Below are positions 7,935 through 17,234 of a DNA stretch of 64,000 nt, piece by piece (within the stretch, counting starts at the first letter, position 1; each line of letters opens with the position of its first letter). The notes under the pieces were generated by a model. It was given only the letters and a program-made list of their open reading frames with translations. It was not told where the DNA came from and made no database searches. Position numbers and translations under genes: made by a program. Source of the stretch: an uncultured Alphaproteobacteria bacterium (GTDB taxonomy: Bacteria > Pseudomonadota > Alphaproteobacteria > Rhizobiales > Xanthobacteraceae); contig OY970184.1 of the NCBI GenBank assembly GCA_963708125.1, positions 4,623,010 to 4,687,009 on the forward strand, written 5' to 3'.

Positions 7935-8700
7935 GATCCCAGAGACCTAATGAACTCGGCAAGGGCATCGAGCGGTTCTTCCGTGAGTATCTGCCGACGC
8001 TCCGCGGTACCAGCCGACACACGATCCGCAATTACCGGGACGCCATCGTTCTGTTCTTGCGTTTTACTTCGTCGCAAACAGCGAAAGCTATCGAGGATCT
8101 CGACCTCGCCGATTTTACCGCCAACCGGGTGCAGGACTTTTTGGCCTTTCTGGAGGCCGAGCGTCACAATGGCGTCGCCACCCGCAATGCGCGGCTGGCG
8201 GCGCTGCATACCTTCGCTCGCTTTCTTGTTCTTGCGACCGAACAGCCTGCCCATCTAGCCGAGCTGCAGCGCGTGCTAGGCCTACCGTTCAAACGCGACG
8301 CGCGTAGCAAGCCGATCGAATACCTTGAGCCGCAGGAAGTCGAAGCGCTGCTCAAATCGATCGATCGCTCCACACTAGCTAGGGGGTAACCGTGACTATG
8401 CTTTGTTCGCACTGATGCTCAACACGGGTGCCCGCGTTCAGGAGATACTCGACTTGCGGCTGTGCGACGTCCGCACCGATCCTCCTCATCGAGTCCGGCT
8501 GCACGGCAAGGGCGGCAAAACGCGATTGTGTCCAATTTGGCCGCAAACCGCACGGCTTCTGCAAGAACTCTCGAACAGTCCTGCTCATTCACGAGGCAGA
8601 GAATCTCCGCTGTTCGTGAACTGCCAGGGCAACAAGTTGACCCGCTTTGGCGTTCGTTACCTGCTCAAGAGGCACATCACCGCCGGAGCGAGAGCAACCC
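7931..8700 (+). pseudogene. RitC-like tyrosine recombinase (RIT-X); frameshift near 8380-8390; 3' end removed at about 8700 by IS21
   Basis: MRSQRPNELGKGIERFFREYLPTLRGTSRHTIRNYRDAI... continues in another frame as RDYALFALMLNTGARVQEILDLRLCDV...LHGKGGKTRLCPIW...FGVRYLLKRH. The box II region is missing. Confidence 0.75.
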
Positions 8701-8704
8701 GCAC

Positions 8705-8923
8705 GCGCAGCCGTGCGTTTCTGGCGCGGGCCTCGAAGCGCTTTTGCCGCCGCAGTGTCGCTTCGTGTTCGAGCAGGAGGCCGAGCCATTCGGCATGTTG
8801 CAGGTCGCTTGTGTCTGCGGCCAGTTCGAGTTGGTGGAAGCCCTTGGCCATGCCGTGAAGACCGAGGTCGCGCAACATAGTGAGGGTCGGATGCATCAAC
8901 ATGAGATGTTCTGTCCTTTTCAA
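8705..8923 (-). pseudogene. istB: IstB helper ATPase, N-terminal fragment only
   Basis: MKRTEHLMLMHPTLTMLRDLGLHGMAKGFHQLE...EWLGLLLEHEATLRRQKRFEARARNARLR. Homology is then lost, and no Walker motifs are present. Confidence 0.75.
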
Positions 8924-10464
8924 TGGAAGTAGCCGGGGCCGCGGAGGTTTTTATGCTCGATCACGTTGTTGTTCTCCGGGTCCGCATGTGCTGAAGCGCG
9001 ATCGAGATTATTTTTGAGAAGGGAAGCGATGCTCTTGGAGGTGAACGCGCCGATGGCGAGCGCGCGCGCGGCGACGGCTTCGGCGCGAGCCGGCGCGATG
9101 CCGCGGAAGAGGCGCAGCACGCCGAGGCATGTTCGAAAGCCTTGTTCCGGATGGGGGCGATAGGTGAGTACGGCGATCACCAACGCTTCGGTGTGTGGGC
9201 CGATCGCCCGTGCCCAACGCTCGAAACGCGCTGGCGTCCATTCTGCGTAGCGCCGATGCGCGCTCGGCATGTGGTCGGGATCGGTGCCATGACTGCCGCC
9301 GCCGTAACGCCGCTCATGGAGGGCGACGCGTTGGCCGCGATGGAACACCTCGATGGTTCGGCTGGCGATGCGAAGGTCGACCTCGGCGCTGATCAGCGCA
9401 TGCGGTACCGAGTAGTAGTAGCCGTAGGCTTCGACGTGATAATCGATACCGACGCGCGCCAGCTTCCATTCGGCAAACTGGTAATCAGCTTCCGGCAACG
9501 GCCGAAGCACCGGTCGCTCGACACTTGCAAACAGATCACTGCGGCTGAGCCCGATGCGTCGCATGATGTGACCATTCATGCGCTCAAGAACGAGTGCAAT
9601 AGCTCTATTAGCTTCGGCGAGAGAGAAGAACGTTTGGTGCCGCAGGCGCCCAAGGATGTATGTCTGCGCAAATCTTACGCCGGCCTCCACCTTGGCTTTG
9701 TCACGGGGACGATATGGCCGGGCCGGCAGAATGCCGACACCGTAGTGTTCGGCCATCATGGCATAGCTGCGATTAATCTCAGGATCGTAGAACGACGCCT
9801 TGTGCACGCCGCTCTTGAGATTGTCTGGGATTAGCAGACGTGGCACGCCTTGAAAAAATCGGAACATCTCCACATGCGCCTCGATCCAGTCCGGCAGCGC
9901 TTGTGTCCAAGTTGCTTTGGCAAACGTGTAGTTCGATGCGCCCGCCACGGCGACGAATATCTCGGCGTCGCGTATCTCGCCCGTCTTCGGGTCGACGATC
10001 TCGATCTTCTTGCCGGAGTAGTCGACGAACACTTTGTCGCCGGCGACATGATGCTGGCGCATCACCGGCGACAAACGACGTTCGAACGCGCGGAACAAAT
10101 CACAAAAACGAGAATATGCGTAGCCTGTCGGATTGCTCGCCCGATACTCTTCCCACAGCACCATCAGGTTGACACCTGGCCGCTTGAGCTCGCGCGAAAG
10201 CGCCGCCCAATCCGGTTCGCGGTAACGGCGTCGGCCGGGCTTGATGCCGCTGCGCGCGAACAGCCGTTCGTCCGGAACGTCGTCGGTCCACTCGGTCGGC
10301 AGCGGCCATCTAATTCCAGCCGCATGTGCCCGCCCGAGATTCTCCTGGATTGTGCTGCGAGCCACGCCGAGCGTGCGTGCAATCTCGCGCGCGCTTACGC
10401 CGCCGTGATCTAGTCGTAACATCTGTCGCAATTGACGCATGGTCAGCCCTCTTCTCGCCGGCAT
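8920..10464 (-). CDS. istA: IS21-family IstA transposase
   Basis: N-terminal HTH (SAREIARTLGVARSTIQENL) and a DDE core (FVDYSGKK...EIFVAVAGASNYTFA...). The six-frame ORF runs to 10635, but that lies beyond the inferred IS end, so the start is more likely the ATG at 10464 or 10440. Confidence 0.85.
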   Translation of the reverse strand: MPARRGLTMRQLRQMLRLDHGGVSAREIARTLGVARSTIQENLGRAHAAGIRWPLPTEWTDDVPDERLFARSGIKPGRRRYREPDWAALSRELKRPGVNLMVLWEEYRASNPTGYAYSRFCDLFRAFERRLSPVMRQHHVAGDKVFVDYSGKKIEIVDPKTGEIRDAEIFVAVAGASNYTFAKATWTQALPDWIEAHVEMFRFFQGVPRLLIPDNLKSGVHKASFYDPEINRSYAMMAEHYGVGILPARPYRPRDKAKVEAGVRFAQTYILGRLRHQTFFSLAEANRAIALVLERMNGHIMRRIGLSRSDLFASVERPVLRPLPEADYQFAEWKLARVGIDYHVEAYGYYYSVPHALISAEVDLRIASRTIEVFHRGQRVALHERRYGGGSHGTDPDHMPSAHRRYAEWTPARFERWARAIGPHTEALVIAVLTYRPHPEQGFRTCLGVLRLFRGIAPARAEAVAARALAIGAFTSKSIASLLKNNLDRASAHADPENNNVIEHKNLRGPGYFH

Positions 10465-10550
10465 CGTGCCCCTCCTCGTGTATCGAGAGGCGGCTGATGC
10501 CTGAGTCGCTGACCCGCAGGAAAACGTCGCCGATCGCCGCGCCAAAGTGG

Positions 10551-10588
10551 CCGGCTTCACGTCGGAAGCCCGACCGGCTTCACGTCGG
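10551..10588. repeat. sub-terminal direct repeats at the IS21 end (2 x CCGGCTTCACGTCGG)
   Basis: Identical 15-mers occur at 10551-10565 and 10574-10588. Multiple terminal repeats are typical of IS21-family ends. Confidence 0.7.
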
Positions 10589-10619
10589 TAGACCCGGCCG
10601 GATGAAATCGGAATCCGCA

Positions 10620-10910
10620 GGTCTGACCGGTGCACCAGACGAAAGTGGGACCAAGCGGCGAGAAAAGGGATTGGCGCGAGCAGGCAATGCCCGCGTGCGC
10701 TACGGTATGGTTCAATTGGCCTGGCGTTGGCTCACGCACCAGAAAAACAGCGAGCTCGCGCAATGGTATCAAACGCGAACGGCTGGCGCCAAGCCAGGTC
10801 TGCGCAAAACCATGATTATCGCCTTGGCCCGCAAGCTGCTGATCGCACTGTGGCGTTACGTGACGATTGGCGAAGTGCCGGCCGGTGTGGTGCTGCGTGC
10901 GGCGACATGA
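10620..10910 (+). pseudogene. IS110-family transposase, C-terminal fragment (5' part removed by IS21)
   Basis: ...GLARAGNARVRYGMVQLAWRWLTHQKNSELAQWYQTR...MIIALARKLLIALWRYVTIGEVPAG matches the C-termini of the IS110 copies at 11639.. and 15182... Confidence 0.8.
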
Positions 10911-11223
10911 GTGATTTGGCAGAAACAGCTTTCACCACACAAAGAGACCCCCAGAGACCCAGGCATAAGTCCGTATCAACCGCGACGAATGCCAAAGTGA
11001 TCCGAGGTGGCGGTAGCCCGCTGTCCATCCATGGCTTCGATGCCGACAAGGAGAGAATGGGCCCGCCTCCGAGGAGCCTCGCCGTCGATGCGCATGAGTT
11101 ATATGAGGCTTCGCGTGTCAAGAGTTTTTTTCGTGCTCAACACTTCTTCCTTCCGTTTCAAGAGGCTTACGCGAGCGCAAGTCTGCATTGATGGCACGGC
11201 GGCTCCTTTGCTTGGCCCGCGCT

Positions 11224-11304
11224 GAGCGGTCAACCTCCGGAGCCCGGAGGGTCGCGCCGAAAGGCGCGAGAGGCGGGGTTGACAGCGAAAGGCACGTGCC
11301 AAGC
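11224..11304. repeat. REP-like structured repeat, copy 1
   Basis: GAGCGGTCAACC-[two GC hairpins]-GGGGTTGACAGCGAAAGGCACGTGCCAAGC. The reverse complement of 14988-15063 has the same frame: GAGCGGTCAACC...GGGTTGACGGCGAAAGCGCGTGCCGAGC. Confidence 0.7.
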
Positions 11305-12019
11305 AACAATAGTGCCGGGCCATTAGCTGCAAAATGTTATTGCGTTCTGCGTTCCTGTTGATCCTCTTTGCCCGTTGAAGTTCCGATTAGGTTTGTTCAA
11401 TTGATCCAAGGCGGAGCCCTCTTCGCTATGCAGCAACTCGCCACATCAACTTATATCCGGTCGGAATCGAGTCCGTACCAAGGTCCCTCATGCATAGTTG
11501 CGAGGGCAAAGGGCTCCAAGGAGGATGGGACCCATCTGCAACACGGCTTCTTTCAGCCAGTCATGCGCACGATCACACATCCACCTTGGATTGGAATGTT
11601 CATTTCTTCGTGTTCAGACCTTCTCTGTGCCTCATGTTTTAAGCCTTCAGAACTGCGCCTGTCGGAACCATCCCGGTTTCCAGGTAGCGCCATAGTGCGA
11701 TGAGCAGCTTGCGTGCCATCGCGACGATGGTGATACGTCGGATGCGTCCCTTAACGTTGCCGACACGCTCGCGGAACCAGATGCTCAAGGGACTGTCAGG
11801 TTGATGCCGCAACCACAGCCACGCGAGCTCAATCATGACGGTGCGGGCCATGCCATTGCCAGCCTTGCTGATACCCTGATCACGGCACGTCGCGCCGCTC
11901 TGAAAATGCGCCGGTATTAGACCGACGTAGCTCGCCAATTGCTTGCGATTGTAGAGTCGAGGAGAGGCGCGGTGGCTTGGGGCCCTGTGGCATCGCTCCG
12001 TTTCCCCTCCCCGCTCATC

Positions 12020-12052
12020 GAACGCAACGTGCCGATTGCCGGCATTACGCTC
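12020..12052 (-). ncRNA. group II intron domain V
   Basis: Minus-strand GAGCGUAAUGCCGGCAAUCGGCACGUUGCGUUC has the AGC triad at positions 2-4. It folds as an 8-bp lower stem, a 2-nt bulge on the 3' strand, a 5-bp upper stem and the loop GCAAU. It lies 15 nt after the RT stop codon. Confidence 0.75.
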
Positions 12053-12066
12053 TCCGACTGGCTTCA

Positions 12067-13391
12067 TCATGAGGTGCACGGCGGCGGCCCGAGGTGCACG
12101 CGGAGAAGTCGGAGCACGCCGTAGCCTCCGTAAATACGCTCATGGGAGAACTGCCGCGCTCCAGTGTTGTGCACTTTGTGCCGACGCTTGAGGAAGTGTT
12201 TGGTGCGTTCATAGACGTAATACTCAACGGCCCGATAGGCCTGCAACCGTGTGCCATAGCTGAAGTACGCCGACCAGCCACGCAAGACGCTGTTGAGTTG
12301 ATCGCGTACTTGAGGCCATGGCCCCACTTCGTGCGGCACCAGCAGTTCGCCGATCTTTGTCTTGATCCGCTGCACACTCTTCTTGGACGGGCTTGCGCCT
12401 AGATACCAATGGCCATTTTTCCGGTACCAATGCGGCCCGAAGCTATAACCAAGGAAGTCGAAGCTCTCGCGCCGGACATCCTTCACCGAGGTTTTCGCCT
12501 CGTTGAGCGTCAGCCCGAGTTTTGTCATCACCGCTTTCGTCCACGCCAGGGCCTCATGCGCGTGGCCGCGGCTGAGGATGACGAAGTCGTCGGCGTATGA
12601 GACGATGTGAGCGCGAAAGGCTTCGCCGCGTCTGGTCAGACGCCAATGCTTCAGGAACCGGTTCATGTAGATGACGGAGAGCAGCGGGCTTGCAACACCG
12701 CCTTGCGGTGTACCGCGCTTGCTATTCTTGCCACCACTCATGTGCCGCTTCCCGTTGCCGTCCCGCTCCTCGACCGGCGCTTGCAGCCATAGCTTGATCG
12801 GCCACAGCACATGCCGGTCGACGATGCGTCGGGCCACCGATTTAAGGAGGTCCGAATGCGGGATCGTGTCGAAATATTTAGACAAATCGGCGTCGACCAC
12901 GTCGGTATAGCCCCGGCAGATCAGCCGGTGCGTTTCCTTGATCGCATCGACCGCGCTGCGGCGCGGACGATAGCCATAAGCATTGTCCTCAAAGTCCGCT
13001 TCGAAGATCGGTTCCAGCACGAGTTTGGCGGCAGTCTGAATGACGCGACAGCGAATCGTGGGAATGCCGAGCGCGCGCTCGCCTCCCCCGGGCTTCGGGA
13101 TCATCACCCGCCGCACCGGATCGGGCCGGTACGTCTTCGAAACGAGGTCCTCGCGCAGACCCGCTACCATGCCTCCACGCCCGACGCCTCGATCTGCTCA
13201 AAGGTCACCCCGTCAACACCCGGCGCACCCGCTTTGGCGCGGGCCAGCGCATAGGCATGGCGCAGAATGTCCTCGCGGCAGATCTTGTCGTAGAGCAAAT
13301 AAAAGCGGTAAGCGGGCTCCGCCTTCGCCTTACGATAAAGCTTTCTCTGAAGGTTCCTGATCTTTTCAGGTGTTTCGAGGCTCATCGCCAA
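12067..13391 (-). pseudogene. group II intron reverse transcriptase/maturase, one frameshift near 13165
   Basis: MAMSLETPEKIRNLQRKLYRKAKAEP...[18 protein letters not shown] shifts frame into (L)[36 protein letters not shown]...[10 protein letters not shown]...LGYSF.... The RT motifs including YADD and a maturase (X) domain are visible. No endonuclease domain is apparent. Confidence 0.85.
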
Positions 13392-14987
13392 TCACCCTAT
13401 CCTCACCGTCTTCGAAAGCGCACCAGAAGTCAGGGTCCTTTCCTCGACCGGCGTTACCCGGCGTCATCAGTCATATGACCCTGCCCGACTCCCGCCGGAG
13501 CCGTCGCCTACCGCGACGTTGAGGCCGCTACCCTCGCCCGCGACGGGCCTCCCTCGTTGCCCGTCTCACCCTTCCCGACGTGCTGTGCCCAATACCCCGG
13601 CGGACCGAACGGTTGCACGTGTCGATTTCTTCGCCGTCCGTGCGGCCTTCCCCGTTTTGACGGCGGGTCGGCGTCCGCACCTTCACTTTCGGGGCCTGCT
13701 CAGGCTTCACTCGCGTTACGGCCCGTCGGATTGCTCGACCGCCCAAAGGCGGCCTTTGTCACGAGGCTTCGTCCCGGACAGTTGCCCGCCCGAGCCGCTC
13801 GTCAGCTACCAGACCTATCGACAACTATCTGGGTGGAATCCTCCTCCACTGGTGGAACGCGCCGTCGAGGCGCACGTCAAAAAGAACGGTAGAACACTTC
13901 GCCGACAAGCGTGGTCGCAAATTCCGGTCCGATGCACTTGATTTTGGCCAGATGCTGGATCTTTTTTCGCTCCTATGCGCCGCCTCAGTCTTGGCCGATG
14001 CAATGGCATCGCGCTCGGCCTCGATCGTCTTGATCATTCCGATGACAAGTTCCAACCGCTGCAGTTCCCGCAGGATTTCCGCCTTGAGCCGCGGCGGCAA
14101 CGGCCGACCATCACCGGTGTGTAGTTGTTCCAGCCGCTGCATCCGGTCGCGGCGCAGGGGGGCGTAGTCATAGATGCCATGGATCGCGAGCAGGCCCTTG
14201 ATCCGGTTGACGTGCTGGATACGTTCGCTAATCAGCCGGTCCCGCTCACGATGGAGCCGACGGTCGTCCTCTTCGGCGACACTTGGCACGCGCACAACGC
14301 TCCAAACCTTCGGTTCACCGCGCAGATACGCCATCAGTGATCGGAGCAGTCGCTCGGCATCGACGCGGTCCGTCTTGGCTCGGCGCGCCCGACGATCAAC
14401 CTGCAGACTTGCCGGATCGATGACGTAGTTGCGGTTGCCGTGTGCTTCGAGCAGACGGTGCAGCCAGAACCCATCGTAACCCGCTTCGTAGCAAGAAACC
14501 ACTTCTACTTGTTTCTTTGTTTCTCTGGCGACGCGCGTCCGGATCCGATCGCATAGATCCAGGAGCTCCTTCCCATCACAGGGCTCCAACGTGTGGCGAC
14601 TGATCTTGTCCGACAGGGGCGTGTTGACCGCGACAATCCAACTCTTCTTGCTCAATTCGATTGCAATAAGACACCGTACGGCGTCATCATAGGGTGCGGC
14701 GGGCGGCAGGTTGCTCACTGTCCGGGCTTCCATCATAGCTCTCTCCTATGAACAGGTGGGAAGGGCAGAAACCGAGCTGGTAATACCTTCCGCCCGCTAC
14801 GCCTGCATAGGATCTGCATCATGGTTCGGATCCCACAGAGAGGATCAGCCGAATATAAGGTTGTGGCGGCGAAGCGCGCTTACGACTTGGCAGGCTCGCC
14901 TTAGATCACACCCAGAGCTACAAACCGCCTGGTGACAGGAGAACCAACAAAAGCCAACGCGCGAAGTAATGGCAACGTCCATTGTAA

Positions 14988-15063
14988 GCTCGGCACGCGC
15001 TTTCGCCGTCAACCCGTCGTGCGCGGACCCCCCCTGGCGGGGGCTTTCGGGGGTTGACCGCTC
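14988..15063. repeat. REP-like structured repeat, copy 2 (inverted relative to copy 1)
   Basis: See 11224-11304. It lies between the right end of IS110 copy B and the left end of copy A. Confidence 0.7.
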
Positions 15064-15101
15064 AACGCGGCCAAACGTATTGCAGCCTCAGCACGTCCGC
15101 G

Positions 15102-16500
15102 GTCACACATCCCCTTGGAATTGGTAATGTTCCTTTCGTCCTTTTCTTGTTGAGTGTAATCACACCTTCAGAGCGGCGCCTTCAGGCCACCAGACCTGTC
15201 TCGAGATAGCGCCAGAGCGCAATCAGTAGCTTCCGTGCGACGGCGACGATGGTAATTCGCCTGATGCGACCCTTGAGTTTACCAACACGTTCGTGGAACC
15301 AGACACTCAAGCGGCTGGCAGGTTGATGCCGCCGCCACATCCACACGAGTTCAATTATGACCGTGCGAGCCCTAGCATTGCCACTCTTGCTGATACCCTG
15401 ATCACGGCACGTCGAGCCACTTTGGAAATGTGCCGGCGTTAGCCCCACATAGCTCGCCACTTGTTTGCGATTGCCAAATGAGCGGTGGAACACTTCGCCG
15501 ACCAGTATGGTAGAAAATTCGGACCCGATGCACTTAATCTTGGCCAGATCCTGGATTTTCTTTGCGCTAGAGTGCTCCGTTTCAGTCTTGGCCGATGCAA
15601 TGGCATCGCGCTCTGCCTCGATCGTTTTGATTATTCCCAAAAACAAGCTCCAACCGTTGCAGTTCGCGTGCGATTTCCGCCTCGCCGCGGTGATAACCTC
15701 CGACCATCAGCGGTACCAATCGTTGCAGCTGCTGCATCCGATCGCGGCGCAGGGGGTGGTAGTCATAGATGCATGGATCGCGAGCAGTCCCTTGATCCGG
15801 TTGACGTGTTGGATACGTTCGCCAATCAAGCGAGCACGCTCACGATGGAGCCGATGGTCGTCCTCTTCGGCGACACTTTGCACGCGCACAACGCTGCTTT
15901 CGGCTCACCCCGCAGATACGCCATCAGTGATCGGAGCAATCGCTCGACATCCACGTGATCCGTCTTCGCGCGACGCGCACGACGATCCACTTGCAGACTT
16001 GCCGCGTCGATCACTGTAATTGCCTATGCCGTGTGCTTCGAGCAGGCGGTGCAGCCAGAAGCCGTCGTAGCCGGCTTCGTAGCAACAAACGATTTCCACG
16101 CGCTTCTTCGTTTCTCGGGCAACTCGCGTCCGGACCCGCCCGCACAGATCCAAGAGCTCCTTCCCATCGCAGGGTTGCAACCTGTGGCGACTGATCCTGT
16201 CCGAGAGCGGTGTGTTGACAGCAACAATCCAACTCTTCTTGCTCAATTCGATTGCAAGAAGACACCTTGCGGTGTCATCATGGGCTGCGGCGGGCGGAAG
16301 GTTGTTCGCTGTCCGGGCTTCCATCAGGTAATCTATGAGCTGGTGATGGGTCGACACCGAACTGCTAGCAGCTTTCCGCCCGCTACGCCTGCATAGGATC
16401 TTTTGTCCGGGGTCAGCGCGCTGGCCGCCACCTGATGGGGTTTGAGAGGATCGGTCGACCAATCTAGCGTTGCGCGTGGTCGGGTGCCACAGCTAAGCTG
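15102..16500 (-). mobile_element. IS110-family element, copy B (ends approximate), degenerate
   Basis: It is paralogous to copy A along the whole transposase gene and in both non-coding ends. Confidence 0.6.
15182..16324 (-). pseudogene. IS110-family transposase with several frameshifts
   Basis: The homologous peptide is spread over four ORFs in different frames: 15905..16462 (MEARTANNLPP...YEAGYDGFWLHRLLEAHG), 15826..16014, 15707..15889 and 15182..15646 (C-terminal half). Confidence 0.8.
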
Positions 16501-16692
16501 CGGCCTGACCTAATCTATCGTCCCGGCGTCGGGATCTCGCTCGGGAAGGCGGTGTCACGACCCGCCCGAAACAGTTTAATCGTCTCCTCTTCTACAGCAA
16601 GGTTGGCGGGCTGCTGGACTTACGCGGGGCTTACGGCCCCGGCGCGAAGCGAGCCACCATGATTTGTGTATCGTCATCGGCGCCCTCCACAC

Positions 16693-16960
16693 TCATGCCG
16701 CCGCGACATTACGGAAGCTCCTGCCATCGGCCAGCATCCGATGCATGATGACGGCGAGTTTGCGTGCCAACGCGCCTTGGCTTTCTTCATCCCGCTCCGC
16801 CTGGCGAGCTTCATCGCCCAGCTCTTCAAGGCCGTGCAGCCCTTCAGTGGCTTGATCAGAATGATGTTGGCGGCCTCGTAAAGACACGCGCGTACCATGC
16901 ATCACCAATTTAGAGATGCGGCCATCGATATCGGTCTCGCCCGATTTGGTTTTTGGTGGG
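16693..16960 (-). pseudogene. IS110/IS1111-type transposase C-terminal remnant, frameshifted
   Basis: VRACLYEAANIILIKPLKGCTALKSWAMKLARRSGMKKAK (ORF 16674..16898) continues in another frame as ALARKLAVIMHRMLADGRSF. Confidence 0.6.
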
Positions 16961-17234
16961 CGTTGAGCCTGAGCACGTAAATTGACACGGTGGCCTTCAC
17001 CGCGAGCGCATTTCTGACAATCTTTGGGTGTGTCGGACTGTGCGTTCCAACAGCGTACCGCGCAGCAACTCGCCCGTGACGGGCAATTTGCTGACCAGTT
17101 TGTCGCACGCGCTGATGGTCTGCTGGCGAATCGTTGACACGAATAAATCGACAAGCGCGCGGCGTCAATCTCAAATTCGTGCATCCCTGCAGCTTTCGGT
17201 CTTCCGGCGGATTCTCGCGCCGTGACAGCCTGTG

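Larger units (their letters stand above)
8700..10619 (-). mobile_element. IS21-family element, truncated within istB (boundaries approximate)
   Basis: A complete istA is followed by only about 73 codons of istB. The outer end is placed at about 10619, where the minus strand starts TGCGGATTCCG... and an IS110-type reading frame begins on the other side. Confidence 0.75.
11951..13875 (-). mobile_element. bacterial group II intron (1,925 nt)
   Basis: On the minus strand the 5' end is GUGCG (13875-13871). An RT/maturase ORF sits in domain IV and a domain V-like hairpin lies at 12052-12020. The 3' end is ...CUCUAC (11951). Removing it joins exon codons TTT GAC|AAT CGC in frame. Confidence 0.85.
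11639..14736 (-). pseudogene. IS110-family transposase: exon 1 13876..14736, exon 2 11639..11950, separated by a group II intron; exon 1 has two compensating frameshifts
   Basis: The N-terminus is MMEARTVSNLPPAAPYDDAVRCLIAIELSKKSWIVAV...YEAGYDGFWLHRLL...DRVDAERLL. The C-terminus is NRKQLASYVGLIPAHFQSGATCRDQGISKAGN...ARKLLIALWRYLETG. The uninterrupted paralogue at 15182..15646 reads ...VFHRSFGNRKQVASYVGL across the junction. Confidence 0.8.
11572..14900 (-). mobile_element. IS110-family element, copy A, carrying a group II intron (ends approximate)
   Basis: The right-end sequence CACACATCCACCTTGGATTGGAATGTTC... (11574 onward) resembles 15104 onward in copy B. The upstream non-coding stretch shares TTCCGCCCGCTACGCCTGCATAGGATCT with copy B. 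Confidence 0.6.

Noticed and set aside
10465-10635. Upstream 57 codons of the IstA ORF
   Set aside because: This part overlaps the IS21 sub-terminal repeats and runs past the inferred IS end (about 10619) into the IS110 fragment. The HTH-containing IstA N-terminus begins at the ATG at 10464 or 10440.
11224-11304. Possible integron attC site (GTCAACC ... GGTTGAC inverted cores)
   Set aside because: The cores do not fit RYYYAAC / GTTRRRY. There is no intI gene or cassette array, and the second copy lies inside the IS110 cluster. I treat it as a REP-like repeat instead.
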